64,000 bases of DNA, taken from positions 16,803 to 80,802 of the forward strand of contig DAIDIE010000021.1 in assembly GCA_027459505.1 (NCBI GenBank), written 5' to 3'. A program made the translations under genes and the position numbers. Position 1 is the first letter of the stretch; every line of letters begins with the position of its first letter. This stretch comes from Acidobacteriota bacterium. GTDB lineage: Bacteria; Acidobacteriota; Terriglobia; Terriglobales; SCQP01. This document shows, in pieces, positions 54,505 to 62,437 of this stretch. The notes below the pieces were generated by a model, which saw nothing but the letters and a program-made list of their open reading frames with translations, was not told where the DNA came from and made no database searches.

Positions 54505-57500
54505 ATGCCTTGTGGCAGCGGCTGCGGACAGCGTGACCATGGGACGAGCGCGGGGCGGGAGAGCGCTATCGACGTCGGTATTGGCGCGCTGGTGAAACCC
54601 GCCAGCATGAAGCAGAAGGTAGCGGTGCGCCCAGCGGGTCGGTTTGAAGGCCGCTACCTGATGGGCATGGATGTGGGCTCGACCACCGTGAAGGCGGTGC
54701 TGGTGGAGGCGGGCAGCGATCAGGTCGTCTGGCAGGACTACCAGCGCCACGAAACCAAGCAGCCGGAAAAGGTTCTTGAGTTCCTGGAGAGGATGGAGCA
54801 GGATGCCGGGGTTGACATCAGCAACACCCGCGTCTTTGTCACCGGCTCGGGCGGCGGCTCATTGGCGGCGCTGCTGGGCGCCAAGTTCGTCCAGGAGGTC
54901 ACCGCCGTCTCGCTAGCCGTGGAGAAGCTGCATCCCGAGGTGAACTCGGTCATCGAACTGGGCGGTCAGGACGCCAAGATTATCGTCTTCCAAAAGGACG
55001 AAAGCACGGGGCGCAAGAAAAAGATTCCATCGATGAACGACAAATGCGCCGGCGGCACGGGCGCGGTCATCGATAAGATCAACGCGAAGCTGAAAATTCC
55101 GGTCGAGCAGCTCAGTGATCAAGGTTATTACGGACTCAAGCTGCATCCGGTGGCGGGCAAGTGCGGCGTGTTCGCCGAGACTGACATCAACGGACTGCAG
55201 AAACAGGGCATTCCTCCCGATCAACTCATGGCATCGCTGTTTGACGCGATTGTGATGCAGAACCTTTCGGTGCTGACCCGGGGACATACGCTGCGCCCAC
55301 ACGTTTTGCTGCTGGGCGGGCCCAATACGTTTATCCGCGGCATGCAGGAAGCCTGGCGGGCAAACATTCCCAAAACCTGGCAGGAGCGCAAGGTGCAGGT
55401 TCCGGAGGGACTGAGCGCCGAGGAACTGATCAAGGTTCCCGAAAACGCGCAATACTATGCGGCGCTGGGAGCAGTGGAATTCGGGCGAGCGGAAGAGGAG
55501 CCGGTGGGGCGCTACGCCGGGCGGGAGGCGCTGCAGGACTACATTGTGTTTGGCCGTCAGAAGGAAAAAGAAGAGTCGGGGGGCTCCGGGCTGAGCGGGT
55601 CGCCGGAGGAGTTGGCAGCGTTCAAGGAGCGTTACAGCATTCCCGCGTTCCGGCCGGCCGCGATCAGCGGAATGACGGAGCTGGAAGGTTTCATCGGCGT
55701 CGATGGTGGCTCGACCTCGACCAAAGCCGTGGTGCTCAATGCGGAGGGCGAGGTCCTGTTCAAGGCTTACCAGCTCTCTAACGGCAACCCCATTCAAGAC
55801 ACCATGGACATGTTTGCCTCGCTCCGCCAGCAGGTGGAGGAGCGTGGCGCGCGGTTGAAGGTGCTCGGCGTGGGGACCACCGGCTATGCCAAAGACATCC
55901 TGCGGGACATCCTGCACGCGGATGTGGCGCTGGTGGAGACGGTGGCGCATACCGAATCGGCACGGCGCTTTTACGAGGACCCGCATGTGATTGTCGACGT
56001 GGGCGGGCAGGACATTAAGCTGATCGTGCTGAAGGACGGGCGGGTGAAAGACTTCCGTCTGAACACGCAATGCTCGGCGGGCAACGGCTACTTTCTGCAA
56101 TCGACGGCGGAGGGCTTTGGCCTGGACGTGAACCAATACGCTGATCTTGCCTTCCAGGCGCAGAGCATGCCGCTCTTCGGTTATGGCTGCGCGGTGTTCA
56201 TGCAGTCCGACATTGTGAATTTCCAGCGCCAGGGCTGGAAGCCGGAGGAGATTCTGGCGGGACTGGCGGCGGTGCTGCCGAAAAACATTTTTCTGTATGT
56301 CGCCAGCATCCCCAACCTGGCCAAGCTCGGCTCCCGGTTTGTGCTGCAGGGCGGGACCCAGAAGAACATTGCCGCCGTCAAGGCCGAGGTGGACTTCATC
56401 CACTCCCACTTTCATGGCAGCGAGCGGCAGCCGGAAGTCATCGTTCACCAGCATTGTGGCGAATCCGGCGCCATTGGGGCGGCCGTGGAGGCGATCCGCT
56501 TGTGGCGTCATGGACGTGCGACCAGCTTCATCGGACTCGATGCCGTGCAATCGATTCGCTACCGCACCACCCGCAATGAGAATACGCGCTGCTATTTCTG
56601 CAAGAACAACTGTCTGCGGACGTTCATTGACGTCAGCACAGTGCCGCTGGAACAGTGGCAGCAGCCAACGTTTAAATCGAAGGTGCCGTTGGAGGCGGGA
56701 CAGCAGCGGCTGATCATCTCGACTTGCGAAAAAGGACAGGTCGAGGATGTGGGCGCCATGCGCAACATCAAGGCGGGTCTGGATGCGCTCAAGAACGCAC
56801 ACCCCAACTTTGTGGACATCGCGGCGCGCGAAGTCTGGCGGCCCCGCAATCCGGCGAAAGTCGCCGATCCGATCCCCAGCCGGGTCTGGACGCGCGCGGC
56901 GCGCGAGCGGGCGCAACTCATGAGAAAACGTTCCAGCATGCGCATCGGGATGCCGCGCGTGCTCAACATGTACGTCTACGCGCCACTGTTCAGCGCCTAC
57001 TTCGAGAGCCTCGGAATTGAACCGGAGAACCTGGTCTACTCCGATTTCACCAACCACGACATGTACAAGGCGGGAGCGGGCCGCGGCGCGATCGACCCCT
57101 GCTTCCCTTCCAAGATCGGCATTCCACATGTTTACGACCTGCTCTTTGTGAAGCACGCGAAAAAGCCGCTCAATGCCATCTTCTTTCCTATGATCGACGT
57201 GCTGCACACCTGCCTGGTCAACGCGGTGGGCAGCAACGCCTGCCCGACCGTGACCGCGACGCCAGAAACGGTGAAAGCGGCTTTCGTCAAAGAGGGTGAC
57301 ATCTTCGCCGAGCGCGGCGTTTTGTACGTCGATCCCATCGTCGATCTGAAAGACCGCAAACTGTTCGCGCGGCAGATGCTGGAGGCCTGGGGGCCGGTGC
57401 TGGGATTGTCGCCGGAGGAAAATGAACGCGCGGTGGCGGCCGGTTACCGGGGGCTGAGCGACTATGAAAGCGATATCCGCCGCCGCGCCCGCGCCGTCCT

Positions 57501-58128
57501 GGACCAACTGGAGGCGGAGAACCGTGTCGGCATTGTCATGCTCGGGCGCCCGTATCACCATGATCCCGGGTTGAACCACGAAATCATGGACGAGTTCCAG
57601 AAGCTTGGCTACCCGATGTTTTCGCAAAGCACACTGCCGCTGGATGAGGACCTGCTGGAACGGCTATTCGGCGAGGATGTCCGCGCGGGACGCATCAGCC
57701 ATCCCATGGACATCACCGATGTCTGGAAAAACGCCTACTCGGCCAGTACCAACCATAAAATATGGGCGGCGAAGTTCACCGCGCGCCATCCCAATCTGGT
57801 GGCATTGGAGGTCTCGAACTTCAAGTGCGGCCATGACGCGCCCATCTACTCCACCATTGAAGACATTATTGAGAGTTCCGGAACGCCGTATTTCGCGTTC
57901 AAGGATCTCGACGAAAACAAACCAACCGGTTCGATTCGCATACGCGTGGAAACGATTGATTACTTCCTCAAGCGTTACCGCGAGGACTTGGCACAGCGCG
58001 CCCAGCGCGGCAGTTTGACCATGGAAGACATTGAACGGCAACTGGCGGAAATGGAACGCGAGCTGCTGCGCGAGGCGGGCCTGGCGCCTGGCGCGGTATC
58101 AGCCGGAAGCGCCATGAGCGCCGCCTGA
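54505..58128 (+). CDS. double BcrAD/BadFG-type activase ATPase fused to a DUF2229 domain (PlsA/HgdC-activase-like)
   Basis: Two actin-fold phosphate-1 motifs, GMDVGSTTVKAV (from 54664) and GVDGGSTSTKAV (from 55696). C-terminal IGMPRVLNMYVYAPLFSAYFESLG...DPCFPSK...SNFKCGHDAP. RBS GGGAGAAG lies before the ATG. Confidence 0.9.
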   Translation: MPCGSGCGQRDHGTSAGRESAIDVGIGALVKPASMKQKVAVRPAGRFEGRYLMGMDVGSTTVKAVLVEAGSDQVVWQDYQRHETKQPEKVLEFLERMEQDAGVDISNTRVFVTGSGGGSLAALLGAKFVQEVTAVSLAVEKLHPEVNSVIELGGQDAKIIVFQKDESTGRKKKIPSMNDKCAGGTGAVIDKINAKLKIPVEQLSDQGYYGLKLHPVAGKCGVFAETDINGLQKQGIPPDQLMASLFDAIVMQNLSVLTRGHTLRPHVLLLGGPNTFIRGMQEAWRANIPKTWQERKVQVPEGLSAEELIKVPENAQYYAALGAVEFGRAEEEPVGRYAGREALQDYIVFGRQKEKEESGGSGLSGSPEELAAFKERYSIPAFRPAAISGMTELEGFIGVDGGSTSTKAVVLNAEGEVLFKAYQLSNGNPIQDTMDMFASLRQQVEERGARLKVLGVGTTGYAKDILRDILHADVALVETVAHTESARRFYEDPHVIVDVGGQDIKLIVLKDGRVKDFRLNTQCSAGNGYFLQSTAEGFGLDVNQYADLAFQAQSMPLFGYGCAVFMQSDIVNFQRQGWKPEEILAGLAAVLPKNIFLYVASIPNLAKLGSRFVLQGGTQKNIAAVKAEVDFIHSHFHGSERQPEVIVHQHCGESGAIGAAVEAIRLWRHGRATSFIGLDAVQSIRYRTTRNENTRCYFCKNNCLRTFIDVSTVPLEQWQQPTFKSKVPLEAGQQRLIISTCEKGQVEDVGAMRNIKAGLDALKNAHPNFVDIAAREVWRPRNPAKVADPIPSRVWTRAARERAQLMRKRSSMRIGMPRVLNMYVYAPLFSAYFESLGIEPENLVYSDFTNHDMYKAGAGRGAIDPCFPSKIGIPHVYDLLFVKHAKKPLNAIFFPMIDVLHTCLVNAVGSNACPTVTATPETVKAAFVKEGDIFAERGVLYVDPIVDLKDRKLFARQMLEAWGPVLGLSPEENERAVAAGYRGLSDYESDIRRRARAVLDQLEAENRVGIVMLGRPYHHDPGLNHEIMDEFQKLGYPMFSQSTLPLDEDLLERLFGEDVRAGRISHPMDITDVWKNAYSASTNHKIWAAKFTARHPNLVALEVSNFKCGHDAPIYSTIEDIIESSGTPYFAFKDLDENKPTGSIRIRVETIDYFLKRYREDLAQRAQRGSLTMEDIERQLAEMERELLREAGLAPGAVSAGSAMSAA

Positions 58129-58165
58129 GCGCACGCGTGCCGGGCGGACTAGAAGGAGATCCATC

Positions 58166-58441
58166 ATGCCAGCCGCGATCATGTTTGAAATCTATCGCGA
58201 CAGCCGCGTACACAACTATCGCGTGGTCTATTTCACCGAATTGGGCGAGTACGACAAGGATCGCGAGATCACCCGGGCGCTGGAGGGCGAGCACGTCTAT
58301 GACGGCTACATTGCCACATCCCGCACGGAGGCGCGGCAGGTCATCAACGAGATCGTGGCGCGGCTCAACGCCGGCGAGGCGCTGGCGGCGGAGGCAATTG
58401 CAGCGCGCCTGCTGCCGTTCGCAGAGCCCGGAAGCGCGTGA
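58166..58441 (+). CDS. small hypothetical protein (91 aa), last gene of the operon
   Basis: Strong SD (GAAGGAG) 8 nt upstream of the ATG. Same strand, 37 nt after the activase gene. No family recognised. Confidence 0.6.
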   Translation: MPAAIMFEIYRDSRVHNYRVVYFTELGEYDKDREITRALEGEHVYDGYIATSRTEARQVINEIVARLNAGEALAAEAIAARLLPFAEPGSA

Positions 58442-58553
58442 GCGGCACGGCCGCTTTTATTCCACCGCGGACCTAAACGGCAACCCCGGACCTTCGCTAC
58501 GGCTTCGGCCTGCGATTTCAAACTCGAAAGCAGTTCGACTCGGCCCTGGCTCG
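58442..58553 (+). repeat. structured intergenic repeat, copy E (central module deleted)
   Basis: Starts right after the TGA of the 91-aa ORF. Has the 5' hairpin module and the 3' module but lacks the roughly 60-nt GCTTCGG...CCGAAGC...TCGCCAGCGG module. Confidence 0.9.
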
Positions 58554-58750
58554 CTGGGAATCACCCCTTCGCTCAGGCGCATTGGATAGAGTCCGGCTTG
58601 CAGGCGAAGAGCGGCTTTGGCCGCGCGCGGCGCGGTTGAGGCGAGACATCGTGTTTTTGCAGGTGCGTTGTCGAGCACTCTCCAAATTATTGAGGTGGCG
58701 TGGGTTATCGGGCGCTACCCACGCGAATGCGCGGCCCGCTCGTGTCTCAT

Positions 58751-60070
58751 TCAGGCGCCAGAGGCGCGGGCAGCGACGGGGCTTTCCGCAGCTTGCGAAA
58801 GCGCCGCAGCGACGCCATCGCGGGCCGAGGATACAGCCTCGCCTGCTTCCGCGGGCGCGCCGGGGATGTCCAGCGAGCCGGTATTCGCCTCGCTGACACA
58901 GGCGGAAGCGCCTTCAGCGGAGATGGATTCCCCGGACGTTGCCTGCGCCTGGACCGGGCCCTTTTCTCCTGCCTCCGGGACTGGCTGGGGAGGCACGGCC
59001 TCGTCTCCTTCAGGCCGCCCGCTCCCGTTGGTCGCTGGCACGTTCTCCAGTGAGACCGTGAAGCCGCCGAGGCTGGGCTCCTCCCCCGCGCGAGGGGACC
59101 GCCCTGCGGAATTTCGCGGCCCTCCACCTGCGATCTCCTCCCGCAGGGAGGACTCGGTGGCTCGCTCCTCTGGAGCTTCCTCAGACTCTGCCGGCCGCTG
59201 CCCGGCATCTTGTTGGGCTTGCAGGTTGGCGTGAAGCCTTGTCACTTCCTCGGCAAGCTCCTCTGCTTCCAAACGCAACTCTTCCTCCGTGCTGGGCGGA
59301 GGCGTGGCGTTGGGGGAGCAAGCGGCCCGGGCGGCGGCGCGACGGGCCTGCATGGCCGGATGGGAAGGCATGGCCGCGCCACAGATAAAGCGGAGCAGGC
59401 TCTGCTCGTTGCGCTCGAAAGCCAGTCCATTCAGGATGAGCATGGCGTAGGGCTGCATGGAGACCAGGTGATCCAATGCCTTGCGCGACAGCCAATAGCG
59501 AAAAGCCTCGCATTGGAGCCAGCGGTAGAAGGTTGAGCGAGGGATGCCGGCCTGCGCAAGAATCTGGCGCAGGTTGGGGAAGTTGCCGTTCACCAGTTCG
59601 GGGTCGCGCAAGGCCGCGAAGAAGCGCAGTTGCGCGGCGCTGGGAGTGAAGGGTCCGGCAGTGGCGGCGGGCTCGGGTTCGGGCCCGCCGGCGTCGGAAG
59701 CTGAACGCTTCGATTTATCACTGGAGCCGTTGGCTGAGGATGAAGGGCGGGCGGGCCCGTTGGCTTGCGCCTTGGAGTCAGGGGCGGCTTCAGCACCCGC
59801 CGCAGCAGCGATGGCGGCCATGGCGGGATTGCACATGGCCGACAAGGTGGCAGCCTGGGCGGCAGTCTTCTCCAGCCTTTCCGCGGCTTCCATAAACTCC
59901 GCCTTGGCGCGGCCTTCGGCGGTTTCGGCACGCTGCGCACAGGTGGCAGCGAGAAACTTGGTGTACTGCAGCAGCCCAGCGCCGGGGCGCATCTGTTGTG
60001 CGGGCTTGTTGCTGGGTGGGTTGGGTTTGTTTGGCTGATAGTGCTTCTTGCGCTTACGAGACTTTGGCAT
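58751..60070 (-). CDS. hypothetical low-complexity protein with central HTH-like segment
   Basis: Basic N-terminus (MPKSRKRKKHYQPNKPNPP), Ala/Pro/Glu-rich regions, and QAGIPRSTFYRWLQ, which resembles HTH motifs of transposase/terminase-small-subunit-like proteins. Confidence 0.6.
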   Translation of the reverse strand: MPKSRKRKKHYQPNKPNPPSNKPAQQMRPGAGLLQYTKFLAATCAQRAETAEGRAKAEFMEAAERLEKTAAQAATLSAMCNPAMAAIAAAAGAEAAPDSKAQANGPARPSSSANGSSDKSKRSASDAGGPEPEPAATAGPFTPSAAQLRFFAALRDPELVNGNFPNLRQILAQAGIPRSTFYRWLQCEAFRYWLSRKALDHLVSMQPYAMLILNGLAFERNEQSLLRFICGAAMPSHPAMQARRAAARAACSPNATPPPSTEEELRLEAEELAEEVTRLHANLQAQQDAGQRPAESEEAPEERATESSLREEIAGGGPRNSAGRSPRAGEEPSLGGFTVSLENVPATNGSGRPEGDEAVPPQPVPEAGEKGPVQAQATSGESISAEGASACVSEANTGSLDIPGAPAEAGEAVSSARDGVAAALSQAAESPVAARASGA

Positions 60071-60071
60071 A

Positions 60072-60092
60072 TAAGTGAGTCCTCCTCACTTA
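60072..60092 (-). promoter_or_regulatory. hairpin presenting the SD in its loop, abutting the start codon of the 58751-60070 gene
   Basis: The mRNA sense reads UAAGUGAG-GAGGA-CUCACUUA-U-AUG, an 8-bp perfect stem with the GAGGA SD in the 5-nt loop. Confidence 0.4.
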
Positions 60093-60156
60093 CTTAGATG
60101 CCCTGAATTATGACGAAATTATGACTTTTCGACCCACCCTGATGGGGGGGAGGAAG

Positions 60157-60198
60157 ACAGTTGGCAGTTGGCAGTTGTCGGTGGGGCGTTGCGGTGGG
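60157..60198. repeat. heptanucleotide tandem array 1 (RCAGTTG units)
   Basis: ACAGTTG GCAGTTG GCAGTTG, then degenerate units TCGGTGG GCGTTGC GGTGGGA. Confidence 0.8.
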
Positions 60199-60212
60199 AT
60201 GGACTACAGAAG

Positions 60213-60240
60213 ACAGTGCACAGTTCACAGTGCACGATGC
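60213..60240. repeat. heptanucleotide tandem array 2 (ACAGTKC units)
   Basis: ACAGTGC ACAGTTC ACAGTGC ACGATGC. Confidence 0.7.
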
Positions 60241-60507
60241 GTTGCGGGTGAGAGTCAGATGGCGCACGGGCTTGGACGGCAACGAATGCACTCGACAGGC
60301 GAGCTGCCTCTCGCCCCGCCAAGCGGGAGACAACTCGCCCGGAGTTGGCTCGCACGATCGAGCCGCAACACCAGGCTGTTGCCGGGTCCCAACCGGCAAG
60401 AGCCAAGTGTGCACTGTCTGATTGGATGGCGACCTCAGATTTGAGGAGGCCCGGGGAGCGACTCACTTTTTTGTTACAAGATTGTTGCGGAATTGTTACT
60501 TGAAGGT

Positions 60508-60556
60508 TCAGTTGTCAGTTGTCAGTTGCCGGTTGTCAGTTGTCAGTGGTCAGTTG
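60508..60556. repeat. heptanucleotide tandem array 3 (TCAGTTG x7)
   Basis: TCAGTTG x3, CCGGTTG, TCAGTTG, TCAGTGG, TCAGTTG. Same orientation and CAGTTG core as array 1. Confidence 0.85.
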
Positions 60557-60600
60557 AAATCCGTTCAGCTCGGGCCTGTCCCTTAACGCCTCGCTTCTGA

Positions 60601-62148
60601 CTATCCGTAGTAGCGGAAGTTCCGCCAGAAGGCTGGCCAGCCGGCGCGAGGCGGTCCGCAGAGAAAAATGTCTGGGTGATGGCGCGCCTCCTCGTTGTTC
60701 ACGCCATAGCGGTTACTCACATGGCCGGCCAGTTCGCAGCCGGAGAAGGTCTTTTCGGCATCGGTCTGGCTAAAACCCAGCACAACCAGGCGAAGCGGGG
60801 CGGGATGAGGATATCCGCGATACCAGAAGGAGTTCACGCCGCTGATTGCCGGAGGCAGATCATAGCGAGCGCCATAGAGATCCAGGGCGCCCGCCTCGCC
60901 GTAGTTGGCCCCCAGCACGGCGGCGCGGGCGCGTTGCGGGGCGGGAATACGACCCCACACGGCCGCGGCAGAACTTACCAGTTCACGCCATCCCACCTCT
61001 TCCTTTAAATCCCCATCAACGTGGGAAGCAAGCTGGAACCAATGGGAACCGGGTGGGGCCAGCGGCATGGTGAAGGCGATAAACAGGCCCGCATCCAATG
61101 CCAGCGCCGCCCATAGTGTGGGAACTAACCAGATCGCGAGGCGACGGCGCCGGTTTGTTTTTTGCCGCAGCCATACCGCGCCCGCCGCGTACAGCATGGG
61201 ATAGGCCGCCATCATGTAATACCACCTGCCCTGCGCCCCCCAGAACAGCAGCAGCGGCGTCAGATACATCACAGCAATGGCGCGGAACTGTTTACCGAGC
61301 GCGCCGGAGGCGGCGGCCCATAATCCCGCCAGCCAAAGGGGAGCTGCCAACAGCGTAAAAATGAACTGTTTGAGGAGAAACCCGCGGGCGCGCCCCCAAG
61401 CCACATCCCGGGTGTGAATGGCATGGATGAAATCGAGGTAGACAAAGTGGTGCCGCACCTGCCAGAGAAAATTCGGCAGTGCGATGAAGGCCGCCAGAGC
61501 AATGCCCATCCAGAACCAACGGCTGCGAAAGATGCGGGGCATGCAGAGCAGCAGCCCAAGCAGCACGCCCGCCAGCAGAAACGGCATAGCGTACTTGGCC
61601 AGCAGTCCGCCGCCGGCCGCCGCGCCCACCGCCAGGCACCAGCGCGGATCCCCGCTTTTGAGCAGGCGAATCGTGCTGTAGGCGGTAAGAACCCAGAAGA
61701 GGTTGTCAAAGGAGACGTACTGCATCATGGCGCCGGCGGCCAGGCTGAAGGGCAGCGCCGCCGCCGCGGCCAGCAGAGGCGCCCAGCGCTTGCCGCCGAG
61801 CTCGCGGGCCATCATGCCGGTCAGCACGAGGCAGGCCGCCTGGGCCAGATTGGCAAACAGCCGGAAACCGCGCAATGAGGTCCCGAACAGGTGCAGTGAA
61901 ACCCAAGCCAGAAATGGCGTCAGCGGCGGGTAGACGACATAGCCCCAACGCAGGCGCCGCGCATCGGCGAGCAATTGCAACTCGTCACGATGAAAGCCGT
62001 AGCGGTTGCCCACCGCCAGGTGCAGGAGAACCGTGGCCAGCGCCAGCAGGTAGACCGGGAGCAGTCCATCCGCGGTTCGCTCCGCCGGAGCAGGGACGAA
62101 ATTGGGGGTGCAAGCCAAGTTGGTTTCGTTCACAGGCGCCGGCTCCAC
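60601..62148 (-). CDS. glycosyltransferase family 39 (ArnT/PMT-like, GT-C)
   Basis: Multi-TM protein with the N-terminal loop motif YGFHRDELQLLADA and a YPPLTPFL motif, typical of PMT_2/ArnT-like enzymes. Confidence 0.85.
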   Translation of the reverse strand: MEPAPVNETNLACTPNFVPAPAERTADGLLPVYLLALATVLLHLAVGNRYGFHRDELQLLADARRLRWGYVVYPPLTPFLAWVSLHLFGTSLRGFRLFANLAQAACLVLTGMMARELGGKRWAPLLAAAAALPFSLAAGAMMQYVSFDNLFWVLTAYSTIRLLKSGDPRWCLAVGAAAGGGLLAKYAMPFLLAGVLLGLLLCMPRIFRSRWFWMGIALAAFIALPNFLWQVRHHFVYLDFIHAIHTRDVAWGRARGFLLKQFIFTLLAAPLWLAGLWAAASGALGKQFRAIAVMYLTPLLLFWGAQGRWYYMMAAYPMLYAAGAVWLRQKTNRRRRLAIWLVPTLWAALALDAGLFIAFTMPLAPPGSHWFQLASHVDGDLKEEVGWRELVSSAAAVWGRIPAPQRARAAVLGANYGEAGALDLYGARYDLPPAISGVNSFWYRGYPHPAPLRLVVLGFSQTDAEKTFSGCELAGHVSNRYGVNNEEARHHPDIFLCGPPRAGWPAFWRNFRYYG

Positions 62149-62437
62149 TGTGGATATTGTCGTCGAAGTGTGGCAACGCGTTTGGTCACCAAGTGCAGGT
62201 TAACAGTTATCTCGCGGGAGGCTGCTGATCGTTCCGCTTCGCCGTCCACTGGGCACGGCTACACTAGACTACAGACCGCGAGCGCCCGAATGCGGCACAG
62301 CCGCCTTTTTCCCACTTGCGCCAGTGTCCCGATCCTACGGTAGCGGGAGCCGACGCCCAGGAAGCTGCCGGAGATGGTTGCAACGGCGCCTGCGGAGCTC
62401 GAAAGCAGTTGGGTTCGCCCCTTGAGGAGAATGCCTT

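Noticed and set aside
54913-57627. 904-aa ORF on the - strand
   Set aside because: It is antisense to the double-activase gene, whose ATPase and DUF2229 motifs are clear. It has no motifs of its own and is a GC-rich shadow ORF.
60157-60556. Possible CRISPR array (also considered for the five 170-nt repeats)
   Set aside because: The heptamers are directly tandem with no spacers. The 170-nt repeats are kilobases apart and far longer than CRISPR repeats. No cas genes are present.
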